Part shown: positions 48,982 through 62,837 of the stretch, one piece after another | Layout of the letters: each line of letters opens with the position of its first letter | Position numbering within the stretch: position 1 is the stretch's first letter | Source of the DNA: an uncultured candidatus Brocadiaceae bacterium | GTDB taxonomy: Bacteria > Planctomycetota > Brocadiia > SM23-32 | Direction: 5' to 3' | Length of the DNA stretch: 64,000 bases | Assembly (NCBI GenBank): GCA_964572825.1 | Contig: CAZNGS010000011.1 | Coordinates: forward strand, 8,557 to 72,556 | Made by a program: the position numbers and the translations under genes | The notes under the pieces: model-generated | What the model saw: only the letters and a program-made list of their open reading frames with translations | Database searches by the model: none | Told to the model about the DNA's origin: nothing

Positions 48982-49971
48982 ATGAAGAAGGCCCTCCTGC
49001 TGCTGCCACCGGAAAACCGGAACCGCATCTACGGCCGCAAGCACACGGCCGCTCTCCGCCGTCTGGTGGACCTGACGGACTGCTGCGACCTGCTGGACGA
49101 CATGGAGGCCCTGGCCCCGCACCTGGCCGACGCGCAGATCATCTGCTCCGGCTGGGGAATGGTGAGGATGGACGAGGCGTTCCTCGCCGCTGCGCCCGCC
49201 CTGGAGGCCGTCTTCTACGGCGCGGGGTCCGTGCGGGGTTTCGTGACGGATGCTTTCTGGGAGCGCGATATCCTGCTGACCAGCGCCTGGGCCGCCAATG
49301 CAGTTCCCGTGATCGAGATGACCCTGGCGCTCATCACCATGGGCATGAAGAAGGCCTTCCAGTGCAACCGCCTCACGTGCGAAAACCGAACCTTCGAACG
49401 GGCGGCCGGCATCCGGGGGCTCTACGGGGCCAGGATCGGCGTCATCGGCGTGGGCCAGATCGGCCGCGGGCTGCTCGAGCGGCTGAAGGAGTACGACGTC
49501 GAGACCTGCTGCTACGATCCCTACCTCGACCCGGCCGAGGCGGCGGCCCTGCAGGCGACGCCCGTGGAACTCGAAGAGATGTTCGCCACCTGCGACGTTG
49601 TCTCGGTCCACGCGCCGAACCTCCCCTCCACGCGGCATATGATCCGCCGCGAGCACTTTCGTCGAATGAAGGAGGGCGCGGTCTTCATCAACACCGCCCG
49701 CGGCGCCATCGTCCATCAGGATGACCTGATCGAGGAGCTGCGGCGGGGGCGCATCTTCGCCTGCCTGGACGTCACGGATCCCGAACCGCCGCAGCCGGAG
49801 AGCCGCCTCTACGCCCTGGAGAACGTTTTTCTCACTCCCCATCTGGCCGGCTCGCAGGGAGATGAGTGCCTGCGGCAGGGGGCCTTCGTCGTGGAAGAGG
49901 TCCGTCGGTACTGCTCCGGTGAGCCGCCGCAGTATCCGGTCACGCCTGATATGATGGCATGGATGGCATGA
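48982..49971 (+). CDS. D-2-hydroxyacid dehydrogenase
   Basis: YGAGSV, GVGQIG, HAP, FINTARG, LDVTDPEP, TPHLAG. Confidence 0.9.
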   Translation: MKKALLLLPPENRNRIYGRKHTAALRRLVDLTDCCDLLDDMEALAPHLADAQIICSGWGMVRMDEAFLAAAPALEAVFYGAGSVRGFVTDAFWERDILLTSAWAANAVPVIEMTLALITMGMKKAFQCNRLTCENRTFERAAGIRGLYGARIGVIGVGQIGRGLLERLKEYDVETCCYDPYLDPAEAAALQATPVELEEMFATCDVVSVHAPNLPSTRHMIRREHFRRMKEGAVFINTARGAIVHQDDLIEELRRGRIFACLDVTDPEPPQPESRLYALENVFLTPHLAGSQGDECLRQGAFVVEEVRRYCSGEPPQYPVTPDMMAWMA

Positions 49972-50319
49972 TGGGGGCTGTTCTGTGCGCCCTTCACAGG
50001 TGCCTGCCGTCGCTTGCAACGCCTTCCCGCGAGGGATAGCATGGAGTGTCGAAATGTAGCACGCCTCTACGCGCCGGGGGGTGTTCGCGCAGGCGCTGGA
50101 GGTGCTTACGGCTGCTCCCGACCCCATCGGTGACTTCTGCGGGCACAAACCCGGGGGCGCCTGGCATGGCGGGACCCGTCGGTCGCCAGGGGCAAGGGGA
50201 AAGAGGACAGCAATGAGATTACGCTGCCGGCAGGAGGGCTTGCGCGGTATGGCCCTTCTCCCGCTCGCCGAATCGTTGCGCGCCGCCGAGCGATGGCGCG
50301 ATGAGGAGGGGCGGCACTA

Positions 50320-50784
50320 ATGGCGCACGTCGTGGTAATCGGTTATGGGGATCCCCGGCGCCGGGACGGTGGCCTGGGGGCCGAAGTGTCGGCCATATTG
50401 AAAGACGAGTTTGCGGGGGCTGATGTGCTGGCGCTGGCATGTCAGCGGTTGACCCCTGACCTGGCGGGGTTGCTCGGAGACTCCCGGACCGTCTTGTTCG
50501 TCGATGCCTCGGCCGAGAAGGCGGCGGGGGAGTTCAACTGCATCAGGCTGGAAGGGGCTGCCGAGTCAGAGCCGCCTGCCACTTACATCTCCACTCCGGC
50601 ATCGCTGCTGGCTTTGAGCTGCTCTCTGCATGGTGAGGCACCCGAAGGGTACCTGCTTACCATTGGAGGTGCCTCCTTCGACGATGGGCGCGGGCTGTCG
50701 AGCACCGTGCGGGCCTCTCTTCCTGCCCTGCTGGAGCAAGCCCGGGGGCTTGTCCGGGCAGCCCTGTCCGAGGGCGCCCGATGA
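50320..50784 (+). CDS. Hydrogenase maturation protease-like protein (degenerate motifs)
   Basis: VVVIGYGDPRRRDGGLG, QRLTPDLA, LFVDA, F..GRGLS. Confidence 0.7.
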   Translation: MAHVVVIGYGDPRRRDGGLGAEVSAILKDEFAGADVLALACQRLTPDLAGLLGDSRTVLFVDASAEKAAGEFNCIRLEGAAESEPPATYISTPASLLALSCSLHGEAPEGYLLTIGGASFDDGRGLSSTVRASLPALLEQARGLVRAALSEGAR

Positions 50785-50935
50785 GGCTTCGTTAACCCGC
50801 CCCCGATCGCCGGCCCCTGCTGCGGCCCGCTTGAGGTAACTTTCAACAGGGATGTGGGCCTCTTGCGAGATCGAGTGCGGTGCTCTATTATGGCTCGTCG
50901 AGCGAAAACGGTGGCTCCGACGTGAGGTGGTGGCC

Positions 50936-52270
50936 GTGATTCACATAGCTCCCTTCCGTCCCCTTCGCTACGAACCGCGCGAGATATCCTTTATCTCGCG
51001 TGTGGTGGCACCACCCTATGACCTGATTTCGCAGGCAGAGGCCGAGGAGCTCCGCCGGCGCGACCCGCATAACGTGGTACGGCTGATCCTGGGCAAAGAG
51101 GGGAAAAGTGAGCGATGTCCCGCCGACTACGAGGAGGCAGCCCTCACGACGGCCCGGTGGCGTGCCGAGGGCATACTCGTCCGCGAGCCAGAGCACGCTA
51201 TCTACCTGTGTCAGCAATCCTTTACCCTCGACGAAGAGCAGTTTGTCCGGCGGGGTTTTCTCAGCGCCATACTGCTGGAAGACGGTCCGTCGGCCCGCAT
51301 CCTTCCCCACGAGCACACGACCCGGCGCCCCGTCCGGGACCGCCTCCGCCTGATGGAGGCCTGCCGGGCAAGCTTGAGTCCCATCTTCGGTATCTTCAGC
51401 GACACGAACCGACAGATCGATCAGTTCCTCGCTCAACAGGAAGACGAGGGTCCCCTCTACGAATTCTGCACACCCGATGACATCTGTTACCGGGTCTGGC
51501 GGATCACGGATAGCGGCATTATCGGCCGCCTGGCCTCGTTATTGCGGAAGGAACAGCTCCTGATCGCCGACGGCCACCACCGGTATGAGACCGCAGTCGC
51601 CTACCGGGACAAGCACCGCGACGCCCAGGGGAAGCCCGGCTCGGCACCCGAGGACTTCCTGCTTGCATTCTGCGTGTCCGCCCGGAACCCCGGCCTGCGC
51701 GTGCTGCCCACGCACCGGCTGGTTCGCACGGAGGGCCCTTTTGATCCCAACTGGCTGGCGGACTCGCTGGCGGCACGGTTTGCCCTTGAGGAATCGCACA
51801 TCGGGTCACCCCGGCAATTGCAGGAAGTTTTGCGGTCGTGGCATCCGGAGGAAGCGGTTATCGGTTGTTACCTGGCGGGGAACCGACTCCTGCTGATCCG
51901 CCCCGGGGATGAGGGCTTTCGCGTGCCCGATTCGGTGCCCGGGCCGCCGCCGCTACGCAGGCTGCCTGTAACGGTGCTTCACTACAGCATCCTGCGCCCG
52001 TTTTTCGACATTCCTTGCAAGCTGGAGGAACCCTCGCAACGAATGCGCTTCTCCGCCGACCTGGAACAGATCTACTGGGCGATCGAAAGCGGCCGCTCGG
52101 ACGCCGCCTTCCTTCTGCCCACCATCTCGCCCGGCACACTGGCAAAGGTGGCCCGCAGCGGGCACAGGATGCCGCCGAAGACCACGTGGTTCTACCCTAA
52201 GATTCCCTCCGGGCTCGTGCTTTACCCCTTCGAGGATGACGACAAGCTGCCCCGATTGCTGCACCGCTGA
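50936..52270 (+). CDS. DUF1015 family protein
   Basis: IAPFRPLRY, VAPPYD, ILPHEHT, IADGHHRYETA, MPPKTTWFYPK; start trimmed to GTG after GAGGTG. Confidence 0.9.
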   Translation: MIHIAPFRPLRYEPREISFISRVVAPPYDLISQAEAEELRRRDPHNVVRLILGKEGKSERCPADYEEAALTTARWRAEGILVREPEHAIYLCQQSFTLDEEQFVRRGFLSAILLEDGPSARILPHEHTTRRPVRDRLRLMEACRASLSPIFGIFSDTNRQIDQFLAQQEDEGPLYEFCTPDDICYRVWRITDSGIIGRLASLLRKEQLLIADGHHRYETAVAYRDKHRDAQGKPGSAPEDFLLAFCVSARNPGLRVLPTHRLVRTEGPFDPNWLADSLAARFALEESHIGSPRQLQEVLRSWHPEEAVIGCYLAGNRLLLIRPGDEGFRVPDSVPGPPPLRRLPVTVLHYSILRPFFDIPCKLEEPSQRMRFSADLEQIYWAIESGRSDAAFLLPTISPGTLAKVARSGHRMPPKTTWFYPKIPSGLVLYPFEDDDKLPRLLHR

Positions 52271-52342
52271 CCCTTCTACGGCGACAGGTCCTGAGGCGAC
52301 ACGATGAGCCAAGGAAACACGTTGCGCAAGGCTGGCGCACCT

Positions 52343-52372
52343 TTGAGAACTCGCCCTTCTGTATGGTATAAT
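52343..52372 (+). promoter_or_regulatory. Strong sigma70-like promoter upstream of dnaN
   Basis: TTGAGA-N18-TATAAT with an extended -10 TG. Confidence 0.65.
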
Positions 52373-52439
52373 CTTCATTGCAACAGGGAGAGGGGGAAGC
52401 AGGCCGATTCTCACCCTCACAGCCCGACGAAAAGGTGCT

Positions 52440-52720
52440 GCCAACATGTCGAAAAGCTGTCGATTTACCGGTCTTTTGCCGCCTGTTTTTCGCTATGATT
52501 CGCGCGTACCTGGAGGCAGAGAGACTTCCGCCAGTCTCTCGTCGTCTGCCAACGCACAATCATCATGTTTTCGACAGGTTCCTGGCACCATCATGCGTTG
52601 TTCTAAAGCGCCTTTGGATAGGGAAATATACCGGTATTCTTTTTGCTCTCGACGCTCTTAGCGAAAGGTATGAATAGTACTAAAGTATCTTAGATTAAAA
52701 AATACCATACCTCAACAATC
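52440..52720. other. Candidate replication origin (oriC-like region)
   Basis: DnaA-box variants TGTCGAAAA (52447), TGTCGATTT (52458) and TTTTCGACA (52568); AT-rich stretch 52669-52720 with TAT GAA TAG TAC TAA trios; directly upstream of dnaN. Confidence 0.5.
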
Positions 52721-52948
52721 CCTGAAAGAAGTTATTCCGCCCGGCTTCACAGCCACAGAGAATGGTCCGGAGATTCTGAAAACAAGTCGGTGAAGCATCT
52801 GTGTTCCGCCGTGCGTGGTCGGCGCCCGCTCTCCGGCGGGTAGGCCTCGCAGTCGGCCATAGGGTGCAACCATGGAGCACCGACGCCGCGCCGGCCCATA
52901 GCTGTCGGGCAGGCCGTCAACACATCTGGGTTTCTGTGGGAGAGGTCC

Positions 52949-54057
52949 ATGAAGATCGTTGCGAACAGGGACAAGCTGCACCGCGGCCTGCAACGGTTGA
53001 GCGGGGTAGTCGGCACCAGTGCTCAGCAGCCTATCTACCGGCACGTAAAGATCGAGACGATCGACGAAGGATTGTGCCTTTCGGCCACGGACCTGGAGGT
53101 GGGACTTGCTCTGACGGTGGAGGATGTGCAGATAGAAAAGAGCGGAGCAGTTCTCCTGCCGCACGATCGGATTTCGCCGGTGCTGGGAGCAACACCGGAT
53201 GAGCAGGTCGAACTTTCGGAGGACGATGGCGCGGTAGTCATCCTGACCGAAAACAGTCGGTTCCGGCTGCTGGGCGAGGATCCGTCAGAGTTCAGCCCTC
53301 TACCGGAGTTGCCGGGAGACGGCGTGGTAGAGGTCGATCCGGAGATATTGACGTACATGGTGCGCAGAACGGTCTTCTCCACGGCCGATGAGAAAGGACG
53401 ATATGCGTTGCATGGAGTGCTGTGCGTCATCGGGAAGGAAAACACCATCGAATTGGTGGCGGCCGACGGAGCCCGGCTGGCACACGTGCGTAAGAAAGCA
53501 AGCAACCCGGACGGTATAGAGACGGAGTTTATCATCTCGCGCGAGGGATTGGAGCAGTTGGCTCATCTGGCCGATTACGGCACCGGCCCGGTCAGGTTCG
53601 GGACGGACGAAGGTCGCCTGGTGGCTCGGAACGATGCCGGCAGGCTGGTATGTCAACTTGTCGAAGGGCAGTTCCCCAACTTCCGGGAGGTGATTCCTTC
53701 CGAGAGCAAGATAAGCGTCCAGCTCGCCACCCGGGAATTGCTCAGCGCGGTGCGACGTGCCAGCTACATGACCACGGAAGAGACGCAGGTGGTGGATTTT
53801 GCTTTCGACAAGGATATCCTCACCATTACGGCTGAATCTCCTGACGTCGGGCAGGCCGAGCTGAAGATGCCCATCGAGTACGAGGGGGAGCAAGCCGAGA
53901 TATCCTTTAACCCGGAGTTTCTGCAGGAGATGCTGGCCGTTGTGGAGCGGGAATCCGTGAAGATACGTTTCACGGACCGGCGGTCTCCGTGCGTGATAAA
54001 ATGTGGCTTGGACTACACTTACGTTGTCAGCCCGGTTATTCGGGAAGACGCTGAGAT

Positions 54058-54061
<4 letters not shown>
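52949..54061 (+). CDS. dnaN: DNA polymerase III beta clamp
   Basis: SATDLEV, VAADGARLA, QLVEGQFPNFREVIP, ISFNPEFL. Confidence 0.95.
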
Positions 54062-56891
<2,830 letters not shown>

Positions 56892-56945
56892 CGGGCCGCC
56901 GCAGACCAGACCGGCAGACCCAGCTGCAAGATAAAGCGACGGGAC

Positions 56946-59414
56946 ATGGCAGAGGAAACCACAGGACAGATTGACGAGCTGCTGATCGAAGACGAGATGC
57001 GGGAGGCGTACCTGACGTTCGCCATGAGCGTGATCGTCAGCCGCGCCCTGCCGGACGTGCGCGACGGGCTCAAGCCGGTGCAAAGGCGCATTCTGGTGGC
57101 CATGAACGAGTTGAACCTCGGCCCGCGCTCCAAGACCAGGAAATGCGGAAAGATCGTGGGCGACGTGCACGGCAATTACCACCCCCACGGTGAGACCGCC
57201 ATCTACGACACGCTGGTCCGCATGGCCCAGCCCTTCAGCATCCGCTACCCCCTGATCGACAGCCAGGGAAACTTCGGCTCCCTGGACGGAGACCCCCCGG
57301 CGGCCCAGCGATACACGGAGGCCAGGCTCAGTCCCGTGGGCATGGAGATGCTCAGGGACCTCGAGCGTGACACCGTGGACCTGATGGACAACTATGACGG
57401 CACGCGGCAGGAGCCGGTGGTCCTGCCGTCCCGCTTCCCGAACCTGCTCACCAACGGGTCCACCGGCATCGCCGTCGGTATGTCCACCAGCATCCCGCCG
57501 CACAACCTGCGGGAGGTGTGCGACGCCGCCGTGGCCGTTCTGGACGATCCGGAGATCACGGTCCGGGAGCTGATGAAGATCATGCCGGGGCCCGACTTTC
57601 CCACGGGCGGGACCCTCTGCGGACAGCAGGGCATCTACGAGGGTTACGTGACCGGCAGGGGCAAGACCACCCTCCGGGCCAGGACGGAGTTCGAGGAGGT
57701 GCGCTCCGGATGTCAGGCCATCGTGGTGACGGAGCCTCCTTATCAGGCCAATCGTGACCGCCTGGTGGAGAGGATTGCGCACGCCGTGCAGGCCGACCAT
57801 GTGCAGGACGTCCGGGACATCCGCAACGAGAGCGACAGCGAGGGCACCCGCATCGTCATAGAGCTGAAGCGGGACGCCGACCGGGACGTGGTGCTCAACC
57901 AGCTCTTCCAGCATACTCCACTCCAGGGGACGGTCAGCATCATCCTGATCGCCATCGTGGACGGCCGCCCGGAGACGCTCAGCATCAAGCGCATGCTCGA
58001 GCTGTTCCTGGCCCACCGCGTGGAGGTCATCCGCCGGCGCACGGCTTACCTGCTGAAGCAGGCGGAGGACCGGGCCCACGTGGTGCAGGGGCTCAAGATC
58101 GCGCTGATTCACATCGACGAAGTCATCCAGATCATCCGCACCAGCGAGGAGGTGGCGGAGGCCCGGCGTCGGCTCACCAACAAGTTTGATCTGACCGAGC
58201 GACAGGTGGATGCCATCATCGGCATGCGGCTGCGCAGCCTGGTGGGGCTGGAGAGGCTGAAAATCGAGCAGGAGTATGAAGACCTGCAGACCAGGATAGC
58301 CGACTACCGGGACATCCTCGCCAGGAGGGACAGGGTGGAGGCCATTATCCGGGAGGACCTGGCCGAGATCCGTGACCGGTACGGCGACGAGCGGCGCACC
58401 ACCGTCTCGGAGGAGGAGGTCCAGATACTGGACCGCGCCGACCTGATCCCCGAGCACGACGTGCTGGTCACCATCAGCCACCGCGGTTATGCCAAGCGGC
58501 TGCCGCCCGAGGCGTTCCGCTCCCAGGGCCGTGGCGGCAAGGGCGTGATCGGCGCCGACCTGCGCGAGGAGGATTTCGTGACCGACATCTTCACGTCTTC
58601 CTCCCACGATTACATCATGTTCTTCACCAGCCTCGGGCTGGTCCACTGGCTGAAGGTCTTCCTGATCCCCGAGATGAGCCGCACCGCCAGGGGACGCGCG
58701 CTGGTCAATCTACTTGACCTCCAGGACGAGGAGACGATCACCGGCATGGTGCCCGTGGCGGAGTTCGAGCAGGACAGCTTCCTGCTGATGGCCACCGAGG
58801 GCGGAAAGGTCAAGAAGACGCGGCTGGACGCGTTCGGAAAGCGCGGCTCCGGGGGGATCATCGCCATCAATCTGGCGGAGGGGGACCGCCTGATCGGGGT
58901 GCGTAAGACCTCCGGCGACGACCAGGTCATGCTCGGGACGCGCGGCGGCAGGGCCATACGCTTCCACGAGGAAGACGTGCGCCCCATGGGGCGAACGGCG
59001 GCCGGTGTCCGCGGTATCAGGCTCCGGGGGAAGGATAAAGTGGTGGACCCGGCCCTTGTCCGGGAGCAAGCCGCTCTGCTGACGGTGTGCCAGAACGGCT
59101 ACGGCAAAAGGACCGAATTCGCCGAGTACTCCCTGCAGAAACGCGGCGGCCTCGGCCTGCTGGACATCAAGACCACGCGGCGCAACGGGCCCGTGGTCGC
59201 CATGCGCGAGGTAACCGAGGATCAGGAGCTCATCCTCGTCACCCAGCAGGGGATGACCGTCCGAATCCCAGTGGACTCCATTAGCTGCATCGGTCGCAAC
59301 ACGCAGGGGGTCCGCCTCATCAACACATCCGAGGGCGACCGCGTCAGCGGCGTGGTTACCCTGGAGCCGGAAGAAGGGGAAGAAGACTCGGAAGCGGACC
59401 GGGCGCAGGACTAA
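56946..59414 (+). CDS. gyrA: DNA gyrase subunit A
   Basis: [31 protein letters not shown], GyrA box QGRGGKG, pinwheel repeats. Confidence 0.97.
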   Translation: MAEETTGQIDELLIEDEMREAYLTFAMSVIVSRALPDVRDGLKPVQRRILVAMNELNLGPRSKTRKCGKIVGDVHGNYHPHGETAIYDTLVRMAQPFSIRYPLIDSQGNFGSLDGDPPAAQRYTEARLSPVGMEMLRDLERDTVDLMDNYDGTRQEPVVLPSRFPNLLTNGSTGIAVGMSTSIPPHNLREVCDAAVAVLDDPEITVRELMKIMPGPDFPTGGTLCGQQGIYEGYVTGRGKTTLRARTEFEEVRSGCQAIVVTEPPYQANRDRLVERIAHAVQADHVQDVRDIRNESDSEGTRIVIELKRDADRDVVLNQLFQHTPLQGTVSIILIAIVDGRPETLSIKRMLELFLAHRVEVIRRRTAYLLKQAEDRAHVVQGLKIALIHIDEVIQIIRTSEEVAEARRRLTNKFDLTERQVDAIIGMRLRSLVGLERLKIEQEYEDLQTRIADYRDILARRDRVEAIIREDLAEIRDRYGDERRTTVSEEEVQILDRADLIPEHDVLVTISHRGYAKRLPPEAFRSQGRGGKGVIGADLREEDFVTDIFTSSSHDYIMFFTSLGLVHWLKVFLIPEMSRTARGRALVNLLDLQDEETITGMVPVAEFEQDSFLLMATEGGKVKKTRLDAFGKRGSGGIIAINLAEGDRLIGVRKTSGDDQVMLGTRGGRAIRFHEEDVRPMGRTAAGVRGIRLRGKDKVVDPALVREQAALLTVCQNGYGKRTEFAEYSLQKRGGLGLLDIKTTRRNGPVVAMREVTEDQELILVTQQGMTVRIPVDSISCIGRNTQGVRLINTSEGDRVSGVVTLEPEEGEEDSEADRAQD

Positions 59415-59441
59415 CCGGGACTGGCAGATTGGGAGGGCGAG

Positions 59442-60347
59442 ATGGGCATCAGTATGCCCGAGCCGGTGGCCGAAACGAATCTGGAAGGGGTGGAGCTGGT
59501 CAGCCGCGGCAAGGTGCGGGACATGTACTCGCTGGGGGAACGGCTTCTGATCGTCACCACGGACAGAATCAGCGCCTACGACAGCGTGCTGCCGACCGCG
59601 ATCCCCTGGAAGGGCAAGGTGCTCACCCACCTGACGCAGTTCTGGCTGGACTACCTTTCCGACATCACGCCTCACCATCTGATCACGACGGACGTGTCCG
59701 TGATGGGACCCGAAGTCCAACCCCACGCCGGGCTTCTGGAGGGGCGCGCGATGCTCGTCAAGAGGGCGGAGGTGCTGCCCGTGGAATGCGTGGTGCGCGG
59801 TTACCTGGCCGGCTCGGCCTGGCGTTCCTACAGGCGGACCAGCCAGGTCTGCGGCATCGAGCTGCCGGACGGCCTCAAGGAGAGCGAGAAGCTGCCCGAG
59901 CCGATCTTTACACCTGCCACGAAGGCCGAGAGCGGCCACGACGAGAATATCCCCTTCGAGAGGATGGAGCAAGAGGTGGGCCGGGAACTGGCCGGTGAGA
60001 TTCGGGATCGCTCCATGCGCCTCTACCGAAGGGCCTCGGAGCACGCCGCCGACCGGGGCATCATCATCAGCGATACGAAGTTCGAGTGGGGGCGGGTGGA
60101 CGGCGAGCTGACGCTGATCGACGAGGTCCTTACCCCCGACTCGTCCCGGTTCTGGCCGGCTGATGGCCATGAGCCCGGACAATCGCCGCAGTCCTACGAC
60201 AAACAGTACGTCAGGGATTGGCTGGATCAATCCGGCTGGGACCACAGTCCTCCCGCCCCCGACCTGCCCGAGGAAATCGTGCGGAGGACGGCGGAAAAAT
60301 ACCTGGAAGCATGCCGATTGTTGACCGGAGAGTTACCGGGCAGCTAA
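59442..60347 (+). CDS. purC: SAICAR synthetase
   Basis: RGKVRDMY, TDRISAYD, ECVVRGYLAGS, DTKFEWG, DEVLTPDSSRFW, DKQYVRDWL. Confidence 0.97.
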   Translation: MGISMPEPVAETNLEGVELVSRGKVRDMYSLGERLLIVTTDRISAYDSVLPTAIPWKGKVLTHLTQFWLDYLSDITPHHLITTDVSVMGPEVQPHAGLLEGRAMLVKRAEVLPVECVVRGYLAGSAWRSYRRTSQVCGIELPDGLKESEKLPEPIFTPATKAESGHDENIPFERMEQEVGRELAGEIRDRSMRLYRRASEHAADRGIIISDTKFEWGRVDGELTLIDEVLTPDSSRFWPADGHEPGQSPQSYDKQYVRDWLDQSGWDHSPPAPDLPEEIVRRTAEKYLEACRLLTGELPGS

Positions 60348-61015
60348 GTGACGCGGGACAGGTCTTTTGGGTCTCCGAAAACGGGTGCACTGAGGCCACG
60401 GGGCTCATCTACCCGCGTTGAAGCCAAGCGCGGGCTCAGGCGTGTTCCCGGCCATCGGTCCCTGAAATGGACAGCGAGCCGCCTACCGCGACATTCCGCC
60501 GGGCCTCGCCACCAGTCACAGTGCCATTCCGGGCACTCCCCGCCGTTTGGGGCGACGAAGGAACCCCGTCGTTGCGCGCCCGCCAGGCGCAGGATCCAGA
60601 ATCACCCCGCTCCCAGTGGACACTTTTGAGAGTCCCGGAGCGGGTCACTGCGGGCGGACCAGAGGAGGGGCTGGCAGGGAGAGATCGAAGCTACACGGGC
60701 AGCAGGGGGGGGATCGGGGGTTGGCCAGTTCGGCCGACAAGGCCCCAAAACTTGCGCCCAATTGCCGGTTCGCGACCCGTTGGCCCGGGCGTGAGGCGGG
60801 CAAGACCGCGGCATGAAAGTCCAGGGACGCCGCCTCCGAGATGGCCAGTGGATTGGACAGGAACAAAACTCCTTTGTCTGGCTATGAGAACATTATATAA
60901 CTATGTTGGGACGATAGGTCTAGGCCCAGCGAGCGCACGAAAAGCGGACGCAGGTGCCAGCCATAGCTCGCGTGGCAAAACCTAAAAAGGCAAGCAAAGG
61001 AATATGATTTCGCCC

Positions 61016-61064
61016 TTGACGTGGGTAGCGGGCAGTGATAAACTGGTCAATGGATCGCTTGATA
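61016..61064 (+). promoter_or_regulatory. Promoter with a downstream ArsR-type operator-like palindrome
   Basis: TTGACG-N17-TAAACT followed by TCAATGGATCGCTTGA. Confidence 0.5.
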
Positions 61065-61094
61065 AGGCAGTTGGCGCCGGGACGAAGACGGCGA

Positions 61095-61230
61095 ATGAAT
61101 GCCCCCCCTTCAAGGACGCCATCTGCGAGCAGTTCGTGCGGGTGGGAGAGGCCATCGATTGTATCGGGCGAATCGGGTTGCTCAGTCAGGGGGGGCGCAT
61201 TGTTGAGACCCCGGCCGAAATGACCGGGTT
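61095..61230 (+). pseudogene. ArsR/SmtB regulator N-terminal remnant
   Basis: FKDAICEQFVRVGEAI...LLSQGGRIVETPAEMTG resembles the ArsR N-terminus (YEQFARIGKAL...LLSQGERTVE); ATG is out of frame across a C7 run and no intact HTH follows. Confidence 0.55.
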
Positions 61231-61400
61231 CTGGGTGACCCGGTTGCCGGGGGAGAAGAGCGGGCACGTGGTCAAATGCAAGCATTCCGGGGGGAGGTGA
61301 GCGTGAATGTAAACGAAGCGCGGGCTCCGAGGCGAGCGTTCAGTAAAAACCTGTGTGTCACGTGATGAGAAGGGTTTTCGAACAGAACGGAGATGACAAC

Positions 61401-61907
61401 ATGAAACGCCTATTCGCAATGACAGGTGTCCTCTTGCTGGTGGGGCTTTTCGCGCTGGCTGCACGCGCCCAGGCCCCCCCAGCCTCGACGCCGGCGACAG
61501 AGGAAGCACCCGGGCCCTGCCACATGATGACGTGGTGTCCGGTGGACGCCTTTGATCCAGATGCGTTGCTGGCCTTCAAAGACCGGTTGGAGCTCACCGA
61601 TGAGCAGGTCGAAAAGCTCCAGCAGGCTGTCGCAAAGGCTCGGGACGAGGCCAGATCTGTTCTCACCGAACAGCAGCGTGAGACAGCGCGGAGTTTTGGG
61701 GAGGCCCACTGGGGTATGCACGAGAAAGGCAGGAAGATGATGTCCGCCCCCGGTTCTCAGTGCAAGAAGGGGGCCACGATGATGTGCCCCATGTGCCCCA
61801 TGATGACGAAGCGGGAGGACGCCGCCGCATCCCGGGAACCCACTCCGACCGAGCAAAGAAGGAGCCGAGGGTCTCAGCGGAGCGGCTGCCCGATGATGGG
61901 CATGTGA
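61401..61907 (+). CDS. Secreted Spy/CpxP-like protein with Met/Cys/His-rich motifs
   Basis: Signal peptide, LELTDEQ and VLTEQQ (LTxxQ) motifs, CHMMTWC, MMCPMCPMM, GCPMMGM. Confidence 0.65.
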   Translation: MKRLFAMTGVLLLVGLFALAARAQAPPASTPATEEAPGPCHMMTWCPVDAFDPDALLAFKDRLELTDEQVEKLQQAVAKARDEARSVLTEQQRETARSFGEAHWGMHEKGRKMMSAPGSQCKKGATMMCPMCPMMTKREDAAASREPTPTEQRRSRGSQRSGCPMMGM

Positions 61908-62072
61908 AGGCACCCTGACACGGGCGGTGAGTTCCGCCGCTTTTGCCTGCACAACCCGAGGGCGGTGCAGCACGTCTGATGAGGTTGCTATTCAGGCTTC
62001 CGGTTGTGATCGCGAAGATCCCCGGAGGGCAAAACATCGGGTATGTGCCGTTTCAGGGCACGGGGGGTGAAT

Positions 62073-62837
62073 ATGTGCCATTCCGAGCTTCAAGCGATGT
62101 CCGCCAGAGAAATCCAGCAGGCCGTGAAGGACAAGTACACGGAGGTAGCCCTGCACCCCGGGGGAGATTTCAACTTCCCCGTTGGGCGGGGATTTGCCGA
62201 GAGCGTGGGCTATCCCAAGATCGTGCTGGATGCCCTGCCGAGGGGCATGCTGGACTCTTTCACCGGCGCGGGCAACCCCCAGCCGTATGCCAACCCCGCG
62301 CCGGGGGATACGGTGCTGGACCTGGGCTGCGGGGCGGGGCTCGATCTCTACTTCTATGCGAAGAGCGTCCACGGGGCGGGGATCGTGTATGGCCTGGATA
62401 TCTCGGAGGCGATGATCCGGAAGGCGCGGCGTAACCTCGATGCGCTTGCTGTGGAAAACGTCGAGCTGGTCAATGCCCCGGCCGACGCCATCCCCCTGTC
62501 GGATGAGTCTGTTGACCTTGTGACGGCAAACGGCATCTACAACCTGTCCCCGGACAAAAGGGCGGTCATGGAGGAGGTTTACCGGGTACTCAAGCCCGGA
62601 GGCAGGACGGTGTTCGCGGAGATCGTCCTCAAGGCACCGTTACCCGCGGAGATTCGGAAGAGCCTTGACGACTGGTTCCGGTGTATCGGCGGGGCGCTGC
62701 CGGAGGAGGATTTCCTCTCCCGCATGGAAGGAGTGGGGTTCCGCCACGCCTCGGTCCTGTGGAAGGGCCGCAACGCCCGCACCGGGCATAAGTTGGCCAC
62801 ATGCGCCATCATCCGGGCTGAGAAGGTATCCAGTTGA
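62073..62837 (+). CDS. SAM-dependent methyltransferase related to arsenite methyltransferase
   Basis: VLDLGCGAGLD, YGLDIS, NLSPDK, RVLKPGGR, CIGGAL; start 62073 or 62097. Confidence 0.8.
   Translation: MCHSELQAMSAREIQQAVKDKYTEVALHPGGDFNFPVGRGFAESVGYPKIVLDALPRGMLDSFTGAGNPQPYANPAPGDTVLDLGCGAGLDLYFYAKSVHGAGIVYGLDISEAMIRKARRNLDALAVENVELVNAPADAIPLSDESVDLVTANGIYNLSPDKRAVMEEVYRVLKPGGRTVFAEIVLKAPLPAEIRKSLDDWFRCIGGALPEEDFLSRMEGVGFRHASVLWKGRNARTGHKLATCAIIRAEKVSS

Noticed and set aside
60348-61000. Long intergenic region after purC considered for a tRNA, tmRNA or riboswitch
   Set aside because: No recognisable cloverleaf or riboswitch motif; an Rfam scan would be needed
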